In this document: one piece after another, positions 33,557 through 43,162 of the stretch
Position numbering within the stretch: the stretch's first letter is position 1
Layout: each line of letters opens with the position of its first letter
Assembly: GCA_900617105.1 (NCBI GenBank)
Contig: UYFQ01000507.1
Location: 1 to 43,162 of the forward strand
DNA from: Hydrurus foetidus
Lineage: Eukaryota
DNA: 43,162 nucleotides
Direction of reading: 5' to 3'
Made by a program: the position numbers and the translations under genes
The notes under the pieces: generated by a model
The model's input: only the letters and a program-made list of their open reading frames with translations
What the model was told of the DNA's origin: nothing
The model's database searches: none

Positions 33557-35344
33557 AGCGAAGCGAGAGGAGCAGTGAGCCGAGCAACGGAGCTGCTCGC
33601 TGCGCCTGCACCACGCTACGGGATAAGTAGACATGAGGTGATGGACTTTTTTAGGAACGGTGGTGGAACCGCACTTCTAACGCGCAACTACGACGGTGAC
33701 GGTGCAGACTGGGGAGACTATGTACTGAACATATCGGTTAACGAAGCGCTGAGGACCAGGGGTGATGCGGCGCTGAGTGTGATTGAAAAAGAGCTAAAGC
33801 AGATGATCGATAAGAAGGTGTGGGCACCTGTCTCTGTGAGCGACCTATCAACGGAGGAGAAGCACCGAATCATCAGGTCAAGCATGTTCCTGAAGGAGAA
33901 ATTCCTCGCGAGCGGGGAGTTCGAGAAGCTTAAGGCGAGGCTGGTCGCCGGAGGGAACCAGCAGGATCGAGATCTATACGATGATCTATCAGCACCGACA
34001 GTCGCGACGAGCTCAGTGTTCACACTGCTGAGCATAGCAGCGCACGAGAATAGGATGATCACAGTGATTGACATCAGCGGCGCATTCCTCAATGCGGACA
34101 TGGATACGGGACTAGCGGTGCACATGAGGTTAGATAGGAACATGTCGAACATTATGACTAAATTGGCTCCCCATTACTCGCGCTTCACAGATCATAAGGG
34201 GTGCATAGTGGTGAAGCTGGACAAGGCACTGTATGGGTGTGTGGAGTCGGCTGCACTATGGTACGAGAACCTGAGAGCGAGCCTGTCCGATTTGGGATAC
34301 TCACCTAATGCACACGACATGTGTGTCTTCAACAAACACGACGAGTACGGGGTGCAATGCACTATCGCGGTGCACGTAGATGATCTGATGATCACTAGCG
34401 CGAACGGTAAAATGATCGAGTCGGTGTCGGCCGGTCTGATTAAAAGGTATGGAGACATTACAAGGAAAAATGGACCTATTGTGAATTACCTAGGCATGGT
34501 GTTCGACCTTACCACTGCAGGCAGTGCGCGAGTGTCGATGACAGGATACGTGGAGGACATGCTGAGGGAAAGCGGCACAACAGGGGGTGCAAGGACCCCA
34601 GCAACGGAGGGGCTGTTCGATGTGAGAGACGACAGCGACATGGCGAGTGAGGAGCAGCGGATACGGTTCCACAGATTGGTGGCAAAAATGCTCTACCTGG
34701 CGAAGCGTGCGAGGCCAGACTGTCTGACGGCGGTGGCATATCTGGCAACACGGGTAACACGGTGCAGCGTGGACGACCTTGGGAAGCTTGAGCGTCTGTT
34801 GAAGTATGTGAACAACACGAAGGATAGAGGTATAGTGTTCGAGGCGGGTGCAAAGGGAATCGTCGTGAGTGTTCTCATCGATGCGGCATACGGAGTACAT
34901 CCGGACGGGAGGTCGCACACGGGGAGCTGTGTGGTGATCGGAACAAGGGGTGCGGTGCACAGCAAATCGGCAAAGCAACAGATCGTCACCAAGTCGAGTA
35001 CGGAGGCGGAGCTCGTTGCATTATCTGACTCAACTAACCAAGCGCTTCACATGAGACACTTCATTATAGGACAAGGACACACGTGCGGACCAGTGACAGT
35101 GTACCAAGACAACATGTCATGCATGTCACTGATCGAGAGAGGGCGGTCAGCGGCGGAGCGGACGCGCCATATCGCCATCAGATACTTTTGGCTGAAGGAA
35201 AGGGTGGATCAAGGAGAAGCGAGAGTGCGACACCTGGGGACCAAGGAGATGTACGCGAACCTTCTGACGAAGCCGCTACAAGGTGCACAGTTCAAGTGCG
35301 AGAGACAAGGGCTTACGGGATGGGACGCGAGCACAGTAGTTTAG
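33557..35344 (+). CDS. Copia reverse transcriptase-RNase H, in frame with the upstream ORF after one TAA
   Basis: KARLVAGG, DISGAFL, KALYG, HVDDL, YLGM, IDAAY, SSTEAE, QDN, RHIAIRY, LTKPL. Confidence 0.93.
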   Translation, partial: SEARGAVSRATELLAAPAPRYGISRHEVMDFFRNGGGTALLTRNYDGDGADWGDYVLNISVNEALRTRGDAALSVIEKELKQMIDKKVWAPVSVSDLSTEEKHRIIRSSMFLKEKFLASGEFEKLKARLVAGGNQQDRDLYDDLSAPTVATSSVFTLLSIAAHENRMITVIDISGAFLNADMDTGLAVHMRLDRNMSNIMTKLAPHYSRFTDHKGCIVVKLDKALYGCVESAALWYENLRASLSDLGYSPNAHDMCVFNKHDEYGVQCTIAVHVDDLMITSANGKMIESVSAGLIKRYGDITRKNGPIVNYLGMVFDLTTAGSARVSMTGYVEDMLRESGTTGGARTPATEGLFDVRDDSDMASEEQRIRFHRLVAKMLYLAKRARPDCLTAVAYLATRVTRCSVDDLGKLERLLKYVNNTKDRGIVFEAGAKGIVVSVLIDAAYGVHPDGRSHTGSCVVIGTRGAVHSKSAKQQIVTKSSTEAELVALSDSTNQALHMRHFIIGQGHTCGPVTVYQDNMSCMSLIERGRSAAERTRHIAIRYFWLKERVDQGEARVRHLGTKEMYANLLTKPLQGAQFKCERQGLTGWDASTVV

Positions 35345-35410
35345 TTAAATTATTAAGACAACATATGCGTGATGTGTGAATAGAAATGATTGTGATGTGG
35401 CATAGGGGTG

Positions 35411-35749
35411 TGTTGGAGATATCGTAGTTTATGACACGGACACAATCAGTGTACTTATGCATTCGTACGGTCGTACGGATTAATTTGTGTGTGTGTGTGT
35501 GTGTGTGTACGTACATGCGTGACGACGATGAATGGACCCGTGCATCGTCTCTGTACTTCAAGCGTAGTGTAGAATGTCTTTTGTTGTTGCGTTGAAAGGG
35601 ACTCGGGGACTTCAGCAGGGATGAAGCACAGTCAATTAACAAGTGTTTACTGCCATACAAGAGCTTATTTCACGAGTCCTGACCGAGTGACCTTCAACCA
35701 CAGTACAGCGAGAGGCGTACGTGTGGGCCGAACCGAAGATCCGTCAACA
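35411..35749 (+). repeat. Copia 3' LTR
   Basis: Direct repeat of 30129-30469. Confidence 0.95.
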
Positions 35750-35789
35750 TGCGCTTCCAAATTTCCACCGATTTAGGCCAGACGCACGC

Positions 35790-37121
35790 AATAGTAATTT
35801 CGTACCGAGACCATAAAACAGAGGCGTTTTTCGTACCGAGGGCGCAGCCCGAGGTTCGAAAAGAGCCGAGGTTTCATGGTCGAGCGTACGAACGTTACTT
35901 TATCCACCGTGAGACCGATGCTCACAGCGGTACCGAGGTTCGAAAAGAGCCGAGGTTTCATGGTCGAGCGTACGAACGTTACTTTATCCACCTGGAGCCC
36001 GATAAAGACTCTTATACGGGTATCGGCCCCCCTTCACATTTTGAGTTTTTCGTATCGCTGGTACGAAAAGGTAGACTGACACTCACAGCGGTAGGAAAAG
36101 GTTGACCGAAGATCACAGCGGTACGAAAAAAAAAATTATTGACCGCTGTGAGTGTCAGTCTACCTTTTCGTACCGCTGTGAGCATCGGTCTCACGGTGGA
36201 TAAAGTAACGTTCGTACGCTCGACCATGAAACCTCGCAGGGGTTGCACGATTGACAGACCACATTCCAGTCAACTCCGGCTTTTTTGATACAGTCACAAA
36301 CAGTAAGAAAATCACTTTTGAATGGGGTCTTTTCAGAGCAAACTTTCACACCAGAGATAGCTCGAGCTATGAAGAAAGTATCTCGACCTCAGTAATTCGA
36401 CCATGGTAAGTTTAGTGGCTGAGTTAGTTTTCAATGAAAATGCTTCAAAAAATTGCAAAGTGGGTCTCCGCACCGTGCATTCAAATTTTCATCATCATTT
36501 TCGGTCATAACTCAACAACCAGAGAAGTTGCGGGTGATTTTAAGATTGATTCTTCTCTAGTATAGTAGTAGAATTATTCTGTGATAGCTGGTGCAGTTTT
36601 AATGCTCGGGCTGCAAAGTTGATTTTTGACACTCCTGTACCACACTTTGGTGTCCAGAGAGCCCCTCCACCGAGTCAGCTTGATCGCCGGAGACTGTCGA
36701 AGACTTGATCTACTCTAGTCTACTCTCTTATAGGGGGATATCAAGTCTTCGACAGTCTCCGGCGATCAAGCTATCGGTAGTCTGAAAATGTGCCTCAACT
36801 TTGGCACGAGCTGCACCAGCTAACAGAATAATTACGAAGAATCAACTTGGTTTTGACCGAAATGATGATAATGCACAGCAATTTCTGACTATCGTCACCT
36901 GAGGTCGAATACTTTCTTCATAGCTCGAGCTATCTCTGGTGTGAAAGTTTGCTCTGAAAAGACCCCATTCAAAAGTGATTTTCTTACTGTTTGTGACTGT
37001 ATCAAAAAAGCCGGAATGTGGTCTGTCAATCGTGCAACCTCTCGGCTCTTTTCGAACCTCGGGCTGCGCCCTCGGTACGAAAAACGCCTCTATTTTATGG
37101 TCTCGGTACGAAATTTCTATT
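35790..37121. mobile_element. Foldback element with ~80-bp TIRs sharing Crypton-like terminal motifs
   Basis: AATAGTAATTTCGTACCGAGACC...GGGCGCAGCCCGAGGTTCGAAAAGAGCCGAG and its reverse complement at 37041-37121; no TSD seen. Confidence 0.75.
36237..37040. mobile_element. Nested MITE with ~150-bp TIRs and inner inverted repeats
   Basis: 36241-36391 is the inverse of 36900-37039; inner IR AGCTTGATCGCCGGAGACTGTCGAAGACTTGAT near 36677/36740; CTCG duplicated at the flanks. Confidence 0.75.
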
Positions 37122-37407
37122 TTCTTTTTCCTTTTTTGCGTCAAAACTTTTTTTTGTGGCGACAAATCGGTAGTGCCCTTATGACGCTTACGGTTTTTTA
37201 TTTTTTATTTTCTGTAGGCGACACCGGTGACATCCCCTTATGACGCTTACAGAAAATTTATTTCTCTAACATTAATTGTCATCGTTCAGTTTTAAACTTT
37301 ACCAGCGTTTCCCCTGTAAATATAACTTTTTTAAACATAATAAATACATCAACAGACTTTTGAAAAAGAATGATATGTCAAAATGAAAAGAATTTAAGAT
37401 ATAGTAA

Positions 37408-38240
37408 TTAGCGGGTGCGGGGGATCTTCTTTCTAGCATTGGCATCCCAGGAATATGCGTCCTCTCCTTCAGTTTTCTCCTCCATAACTCTCTTCGCAGC
37501 TGTCTCTTCGCAGCTGTCTCTTCGCAGCTGACTCTTCTTATCACGTTGGGCTCTACGCGCCTCAGTTTTGGTTGCAGGTCTCATTGTGGAAGATGATGTG
37601 ATATCTGATGGAATAGTTGATTTCCTACATAATATACAGATGATTCGTGTGATTAGCGAGGATCTACTTTTATGTAGTGTATCAAATCGACTTACTGAAT
37701 AAAGAATGCCGTCTCGGGATTATCAGATGCTCGCCCAAATGCAAAGAGGGTTTCCCATTCGCAGGGTTCATATGATGATTTAAATGGTTTTAACTTGTAG
37801 GATGGAGGATGTTTAGATCGAGCTTTGGCCGCCAGTTGTTCTTGCTTGTACAGAATTTTCTTGGTGTTGAAGAGCGTTGTTTTCTTTGTCTGACCCGATG
37901 GAGGTAAGCCATCTGGTCCTAATGACGACACGTAGACGGGGGTAATTTGGTTGTTGATATACTTCTTGATGGCGCAAAATTTCCTCCAAAGTGATGCCCC
38001 ATTGTGAATTTCCTTGTCGGTCACAGCTTCATCCAAATGTCTTGATGTTCGGAAGAAGGTGTTCTTCGCAAACCCTTGCAACAGCTTAATTCTCTCCACA
38101 TGATGTTTGAATTGGATGAACATTTTGGCATGGATAGATTTAGAGTCTATTTCATTGGACGGAAGTGACAAACCAGCCCGTGCGATGAGCACATACTGCT
38201 TGGATTTGATGCTGTAGAGTTCCTCGTTGCTTACTGGCAT
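37408..38240 (-). CDS. Hypothetical protein resembling transposon Myb/trihelix-like ORF1; intron 37625-37695
   Basis: Open spliced frame MPVSNEE...SLWRKFCAIKKYI...LPPSG...FFIQ|KST...RKKIPRTR*; GTAAGT donor and TAG acceptor. Confidence 0.55.
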
Positions 38241-38614
38241 GATTGAGGTGTCTTCAAAATTGTGTCTTGAGAGCGTCACTCGACAATTTTTGTAACAAAA
38301 AAAGGACCCTTTTTGTGCGGCGTTCGGAGGAATGTGTCGCTTACACTTTTTACTCCGACGGTTTTTGGCGTCATAAGGCCATGACGCCGGCGACATTTAC
38401 AAAAAAGGGATCCAGAAAATGTAAAATACGTGCGTCATAAGGTCTGGCCTTACCCCTACAATTTCCGGGGACTTCAGGGGTCCATTTGAAATCTCCGACG
38501 AGAAATACAAATCTCCGCCAACTTAGGGAAATTTGATCTCGGAAATTTCCTTGGCCTACCTGAGAGCATTTCCATACAGCAAGCAACATCAAAACTAGCT
38601 TAATCTGTTGCGGG

Positions 38615-39489
38615 ATGGCAGATAAAAGTGCCAAACACCTTATGGAGTAAAAGTGCGAACGAATTTCTCATCGCAGAAGTCGTCACAGGTGAACCAACAC
38701 GTTGCTGCAACTACTCCAAGATAGGTTACGGTACAAAGTCCATTTTTTGGGATAGTGTCGCGATAGCGATGAAAATAAGAACGGCTGAGTTTGCTGCACG
38801 TTCATTTCCTAGCGCTAAATCTTGCTGCGCTCAATTCGAAAAACTTTTGAAAGAGAGGCAAGATGCAAAGAAAAATCACAAGTTTCTCAGCGGTACAACA
38901 GAAGAGTTAGACGAAATAGCATGCGGACTTGAGGAGATCATGCGAGATGTAGAAGCTGTAGCTGATGAAGCTGCTGCAAGAGAGAAGACGGATGAGATCG
39001 CGGAGTCTGACTCAAAGATTCAGGAGAATCACTTGAAGACTGGTCGCTCGACCCCCAAATCGGTGAAGAAAGAAGTCCAGAGTTGTAGTAGCCACTCTGT
39101 AAGTAGCTTAATTTGCACATGATACAAGTCACTTTACTTCCATAACAATCTGCTGGATGTGTGATCTGCAGGGAACTCCTATACCGCAAAAATCGTCAGT
39201 TGAATCTCTGCTAGCAGACCTTCTCGGAAGAAGATCTGAAAGGGATGAAGAAAGGACGTTGATGAAGCGTAGGAAATTAGACTTGGAGGAAAGAAAGTTG
39301 CAGCTTGAAGAGAATCTTTTTGCTGCGAGAATGAAAAAGCTAGAAAGTGCGAGTACGACGATAAAAAGAGGCGTTTATAATGAGAGGCGAGTACGAGAGG
39401 CGTTTTATATTTTGCACCTACTTAAATCTATAAGAAGTATTTTAAACGAGATATTCTTCAATTTTTGGTGGCATGCATTCAAAGTATGA
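38615..39489 (+). CDS. Harbinger ORF1, Myb/SANT-like; intron 39098-39171; probable frameshift near the start, 3' end uncertain
   Basis: LWSKSANEFLIAEV...FWDSVA...AQFEKLL...SGTTEE, with a coiled-coil KRRKLDLEERKL tail. Confidence 0.65.
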
Positions 39490-39893
39490 AGAGGTTTGGC
39501 CACCATAGTAGCATGTGTGACAGTTAGTGAGGTTTGCCATAACAGTGTAGTAAGTCGCTACAGGCGAAGAATAAATTTGTAAGTTTTTCTTAAAATCTAA
39601 AAATGCCCACATGTTTACTATTTTACCGAAGCCCCATTCAACACATTCCCTAACTCTGGACATTTTTCTTGCATTTTGAGCATCGACTGGATTGGCTAGG
39701 CCAGGTATGCGGGCGCGTTTCACGCCCCGTTTGATGTATCTTTGAACAGGATATGCTGCATCACCATAACATAAATAGTCAATAGGAAATACATTCAGCA
39801 CCGCAGATAGTTTCTCATGCAGTTCACTACGTCGAAGGAAATATGCATCGTGGCGCCTGCAAGTAATAGGTCCAAAGAGGTGACCGATCATAC
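39442..39893 (-). CDS. Last exon of a Harbinger (HARBI1-like) transposase
   Basis: GMIGHLFGP..RRHD, YGDAAYP, MSRVRECVEWGFG, LTNCHTC; preceded by the acceptor TAACAG. Confidence 0.88.
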
Positions 39894-39900
39894 CTGTTAC

Positions 39901-42900
39901 AAAATCAAAATCAAAATCAAAATCAATTGAAAGTCAAAATCAAAATCAAAATCAAAATCAAAATCAAAATCAAAATCAAAATCAAAATCAAAATCAAAAT
40001 CAAAATCAAAATCAAAATCAAAATCAAAATCAAAATCAAAATCAAAATCAAAATCAAAATCAAAATCAAAATCAAAATCAAAATCAAAATCAAAATCAAA
40101 ATCACAAATGAAATTCAAAATCAAAATCAAAATCAAAATGAAATTCAAAACCAAAATCAAAATCAAAATCAAAATCAAAATCAAAATCAAAATCAAAATC
40201 AAAATCAAAATCAAAATCAAAATCAAAATCAAAATCAAAATCAAAATCAAAATCAAAATCAAAATCAAAATCAAAATCAAAATCAAAATCAAAATCAAAA
40301 TCAAGATCAAAATCAAAATCAAAATCAAAATCAAAATCAAATTCAAAATCAAAATCAAAATCAAAATCAAAATCAAAATCAAAATCAAAATCAAATCAAA
40401 ATGAAAGTCAAAATCAAAATCAAAATCAAAATCAAAATCAAAATCAAAATCAAAATCAAAATCAAAATCAAAATCAAAATCAAAATCAAAATCAAAATCA
40501 AAATCAAAATCAAAATCAAAATCAAAATCAAAATCAAAATCAAAATCAAAATCAAAATCAAAATCAAAATCAAAATCAAAATCAAAATCAAAATCAAAAT
40601 CAAAATCAAAATCAAAATCAAAATCAAAATCAAAATCAAAATCAAAATCAAAATCAAAATCAAAATCAAAATCAAAATCAAAATCAAAACCAAAATCAAA
40701 ATCAAAATCAAAATCAAAATCAAAATCAAAATCAAAATCAAAATCAAAATCAAAATCAAAATCAAAATCAAAATCAAAATCAAAATCAAAATCAAAATCA
40801 AAATCAAAATCAAAATCAAAATCAAAATCAAAATCAAAATCAAAATCAAAATCAAAATCAAAATCAAAATCAAAATCAAAATCAAAATCAAAATCAAAAT
40901 CAAAATCAAAAATCAAAATCAAAATCAAAATCAAAATCAAAATCAAAATCAAAATCAAAATCAAAATCAAAATCAAAATCAAAATCAAAATCAAAATCAA
41001 AATCAAAATCAAAATCAAAATCAAAATCAAAATCAAAATCAAAATCAAAATCAAAATCAAAATCAAAATCAAAATCAAAATCAAAATCAAAATCAAAATC
41101 AAAATCAAAATCAAAATCAAAATCAAAATCAAAATTGAAATCAAAATCAAAATCAAAATCAAAATCAAAATCAAAATCAAAATCAAAATCAAAATCAAAA
41201 TCAAAATCAAAATCAAAATCAAAATCAAAATCAAAATCAAAATCAAAATCAAAAATCAAAATCAAAATCAAAATCAAAATCAAAATCAAAATCAAAATCA
41301 AAATCAAAATCAAAATCAAAATCAAAATCAAAATCAAAATCAAAATCAAAATCAAAATCAAAATCAAAATCAAAATCAAAATCAAAATCAAAATCAAAAT
41401 CAAAATCAAAATCAAAATCAAAATCAAAATCAAAATCAAAATCAAAATCAAAATCAAATGAAAATCAAAATCAAAATCAAAATCAAAATCAAAATCAAAA
41501 TCAAAATCAAAATCAAAATCAAAATCAAAATCAAAATCAAAATCAAAATCAAATCAAAATCAAAATCAAAATCAAAATCAAAATCAAAATCAAAATCAAA
41601 ATCAAAATCAAAATCAAAATCAAAATCAAAATCAAAATCAAAATCAAAATCAAAATCAAAATCAAAATCAAAATCAAAATCAAAATCAAAATCAAAATCA
41701 AAATCAAAATCAAAATCAAAATCAAAATCAAAATCAAAATCAAAATCAAAATCAAAATCAAAATCAAATCAAAATCAAAATCAAAATCAAAATCAAAATC
41801 AAAATCAAAATCAAAATCAAAATCAAAATCAAAATCAAAAAATCAAAATCAAAATCAAAATCAAAATCAAAATCAAAATCAAAATCAAAATCAAAATCAA
41901 AATCAAAATCAAAATCAAAATCAAAATCAAAATCAAAATCAAAATCAAAATCAAAATCAAAATCAAAATCAAAATCAAAATGAAATTCAAAATCAAAATC
42001 AAAATCAAAATCAAAATCAAAATCAAAATCAAAATCAAAATCAAAATCAAAATCAAAATCAAAATCAAAATCAAAATCAAAATCAAAATCAAAATCAAAA
42101 TCAAAATCAAAATCAAAATCAAAATCAAAATCAAAATCAAAATCAAAATCAAAATCAAAATCAAAATCAAAATCAAAATCAAAATCAAAATCAAAATCAA
42201 ATTCAAAATCAAAATCAAAATCAAAATCAAAATCAAAATCAAAATCAAAATCGAAATCAAAATCAAAATCAAAATCAAAATCAAAATCAAAATCAAAATC
42301 AAAATCAAAATCAAAATCAAAATCAAAATCAAAATCAAAATCAAAATCAAAATCAAAATCAAAATCAAAATCAAAATCAAAATCAAAATCAAAATCAAAA
42401 TCAAAATTAAAATCAAATCAAAATCAAAATCAAAATCAAAATCAAAATCAAAATCAAAATCAAAATCAAAATCAAAATCAAAATCAAAATCAAAATCAAA
42501 ATCAAAATCAAAATCAAAATCAAAATCAAATTCAAAATCAAAATCAAAATCAAATCAAAATCAAAATCAAAATCAAAATCAAAATCAAAATCAAAATCAA
42601 AATCAAAATCAAAATCAAAATCAAAATCAAAATCAAAATCAAAATCAAAATCAAAATCAAAATCAAAATCAAAATCAAAATCAAAATCAAAATCAAAATC
42701 AAAATCAAAATCAAAATCAAAATCAAAATCAAAATCAAAATCAAAATCAAAATCAAAATCAAAATCAAAATCAAAATCAAAATCAAAATCAAAATCAAAA
42801 TCAAAATCAAAATCAAAATCAAAATCAAAATCAAAATCAAAATCAAATCAAAATCAAAATCAAAATCAAAATCAAATCAAAATCAAAATCAAAATCAAAA

Positions 42901-43162
42901 TCAAAATCAAAATCAAAATCAAAATCAAAATCAAAATCAAAATCAAAATCAAAATCAAAATCAAAATCAAAATCAAAATCAAAATCAAAATCAAAATCAA
43001 AATCAAAATCAAAATCAAAATCAAAATCAAAATCAGAATCAAAATCAAAATCAAAATCAAAATGAAATTCAAAATCAAAATCAAAATCAAAAGTAAAATC
43101 AAAATCAAAATCAAAATCAAAATCAAAATCAAAATCCAAAATCAAAATCAAAATCAAAATCA
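39901..43162. repeat. (AAAATC)n hexamer satellite, >3.2 kb, running off the window
   Basis: Near-perfect array with sporadic variants (ATGAAATTC, AAAGTC). Confidence 0.98.

Larger units (their letters stand above)
30129..35749 (+). mobile_element. Ty1/Copia LTR retrotransposon, young
   Basis: TG...CA LTRs 30129-30469 and 35411-35749; 5-bp TSD TGCGC; gag-PR-IN-RT-RH order; PPT-like ATAGGGG before the 3' LTR. Confidence 0.97.
35776..38449. mobile_element. Harbinger-like non-autonomous element with TTA TSD, interrupted by a foldback element
   Basis: TTA|GGCCAGAC...GTCTGGCC|TTA; inverted subterminal CCTTATGACGC / GCGTCATAAGG motifs (about 37177, 37236 / 38368, 38432). Confidence 0.6.
38477..43162. 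mobile_element. PIF/Harbinger transposon 2 (right end beyond the window)
   Basis: Candidate TIR GGGGTCCATTTGAA after TCA; convergent Myb-like ORF and transposase, the same layout as element 1. Confidence 0.65.

Noticed and set aside
31060..34992. Antisense ORFs over the Copia (likewise over Gypsy and DHAD)
   Set aside because: Shadow frames of real coding sequence with no motifs
39897..43157. Long poly-IL, DF, KI, QN and SK ORFs
   Set aside because: Artefacts of a stop-free hexamer repeat
39901..43162. Telomeric repeat
   Set aside because: No GGG/CCC runs typical of telomere motifs, and it starts at a splice acceptor; not fully excluded without the contig end

Overview
Eukaryotic, intron-containing DNA, probably from a plastid-bearing stramenopile (the DHAD N-terminus resembles a bipartite plastid-targeting presequence). 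Only two host genes are present, convergent at 25.6-30.0 kb: dihydroxy-acid dehydratase (7 exons) and methionyl-tRNA formyltransferase (2 exons). The rest is nested mobile DNA. A PIF/Harbinger transposon (1817-19564) has its transposase split by chromodomain Gypsy element A (3704-18476), which is split by young Gypsy element B (7659-15614). These are followed by a tyrosine-recombinase (Crypton-like) element, stacked TA- and hAT-type MITEs, a young Copia element (30129-35749), further Harbinger-like and foldback elements, and a >3.2 kb (AAAATC)n array apparently inside a transposase intron. Main leads: (1) none of the three LTR elements has a TGG tRNA primer-binding site. Both Gypsy elements instead have a perfect 12-bp palindrome overlapping the last 5'-LTR base, and the Copia PBS is complementary to its own LTR, as in Tf1-type self-priming. 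(2) Gypsy B combines an antisense papain-like (Cys-His-Asp) ORF, an IFDN RT active site, a CCCH Gag finger and an in-frame UAG plus hairpin between gag and pol. All calls come from motif reading by eye, and some frameshifts may be assembly errors.
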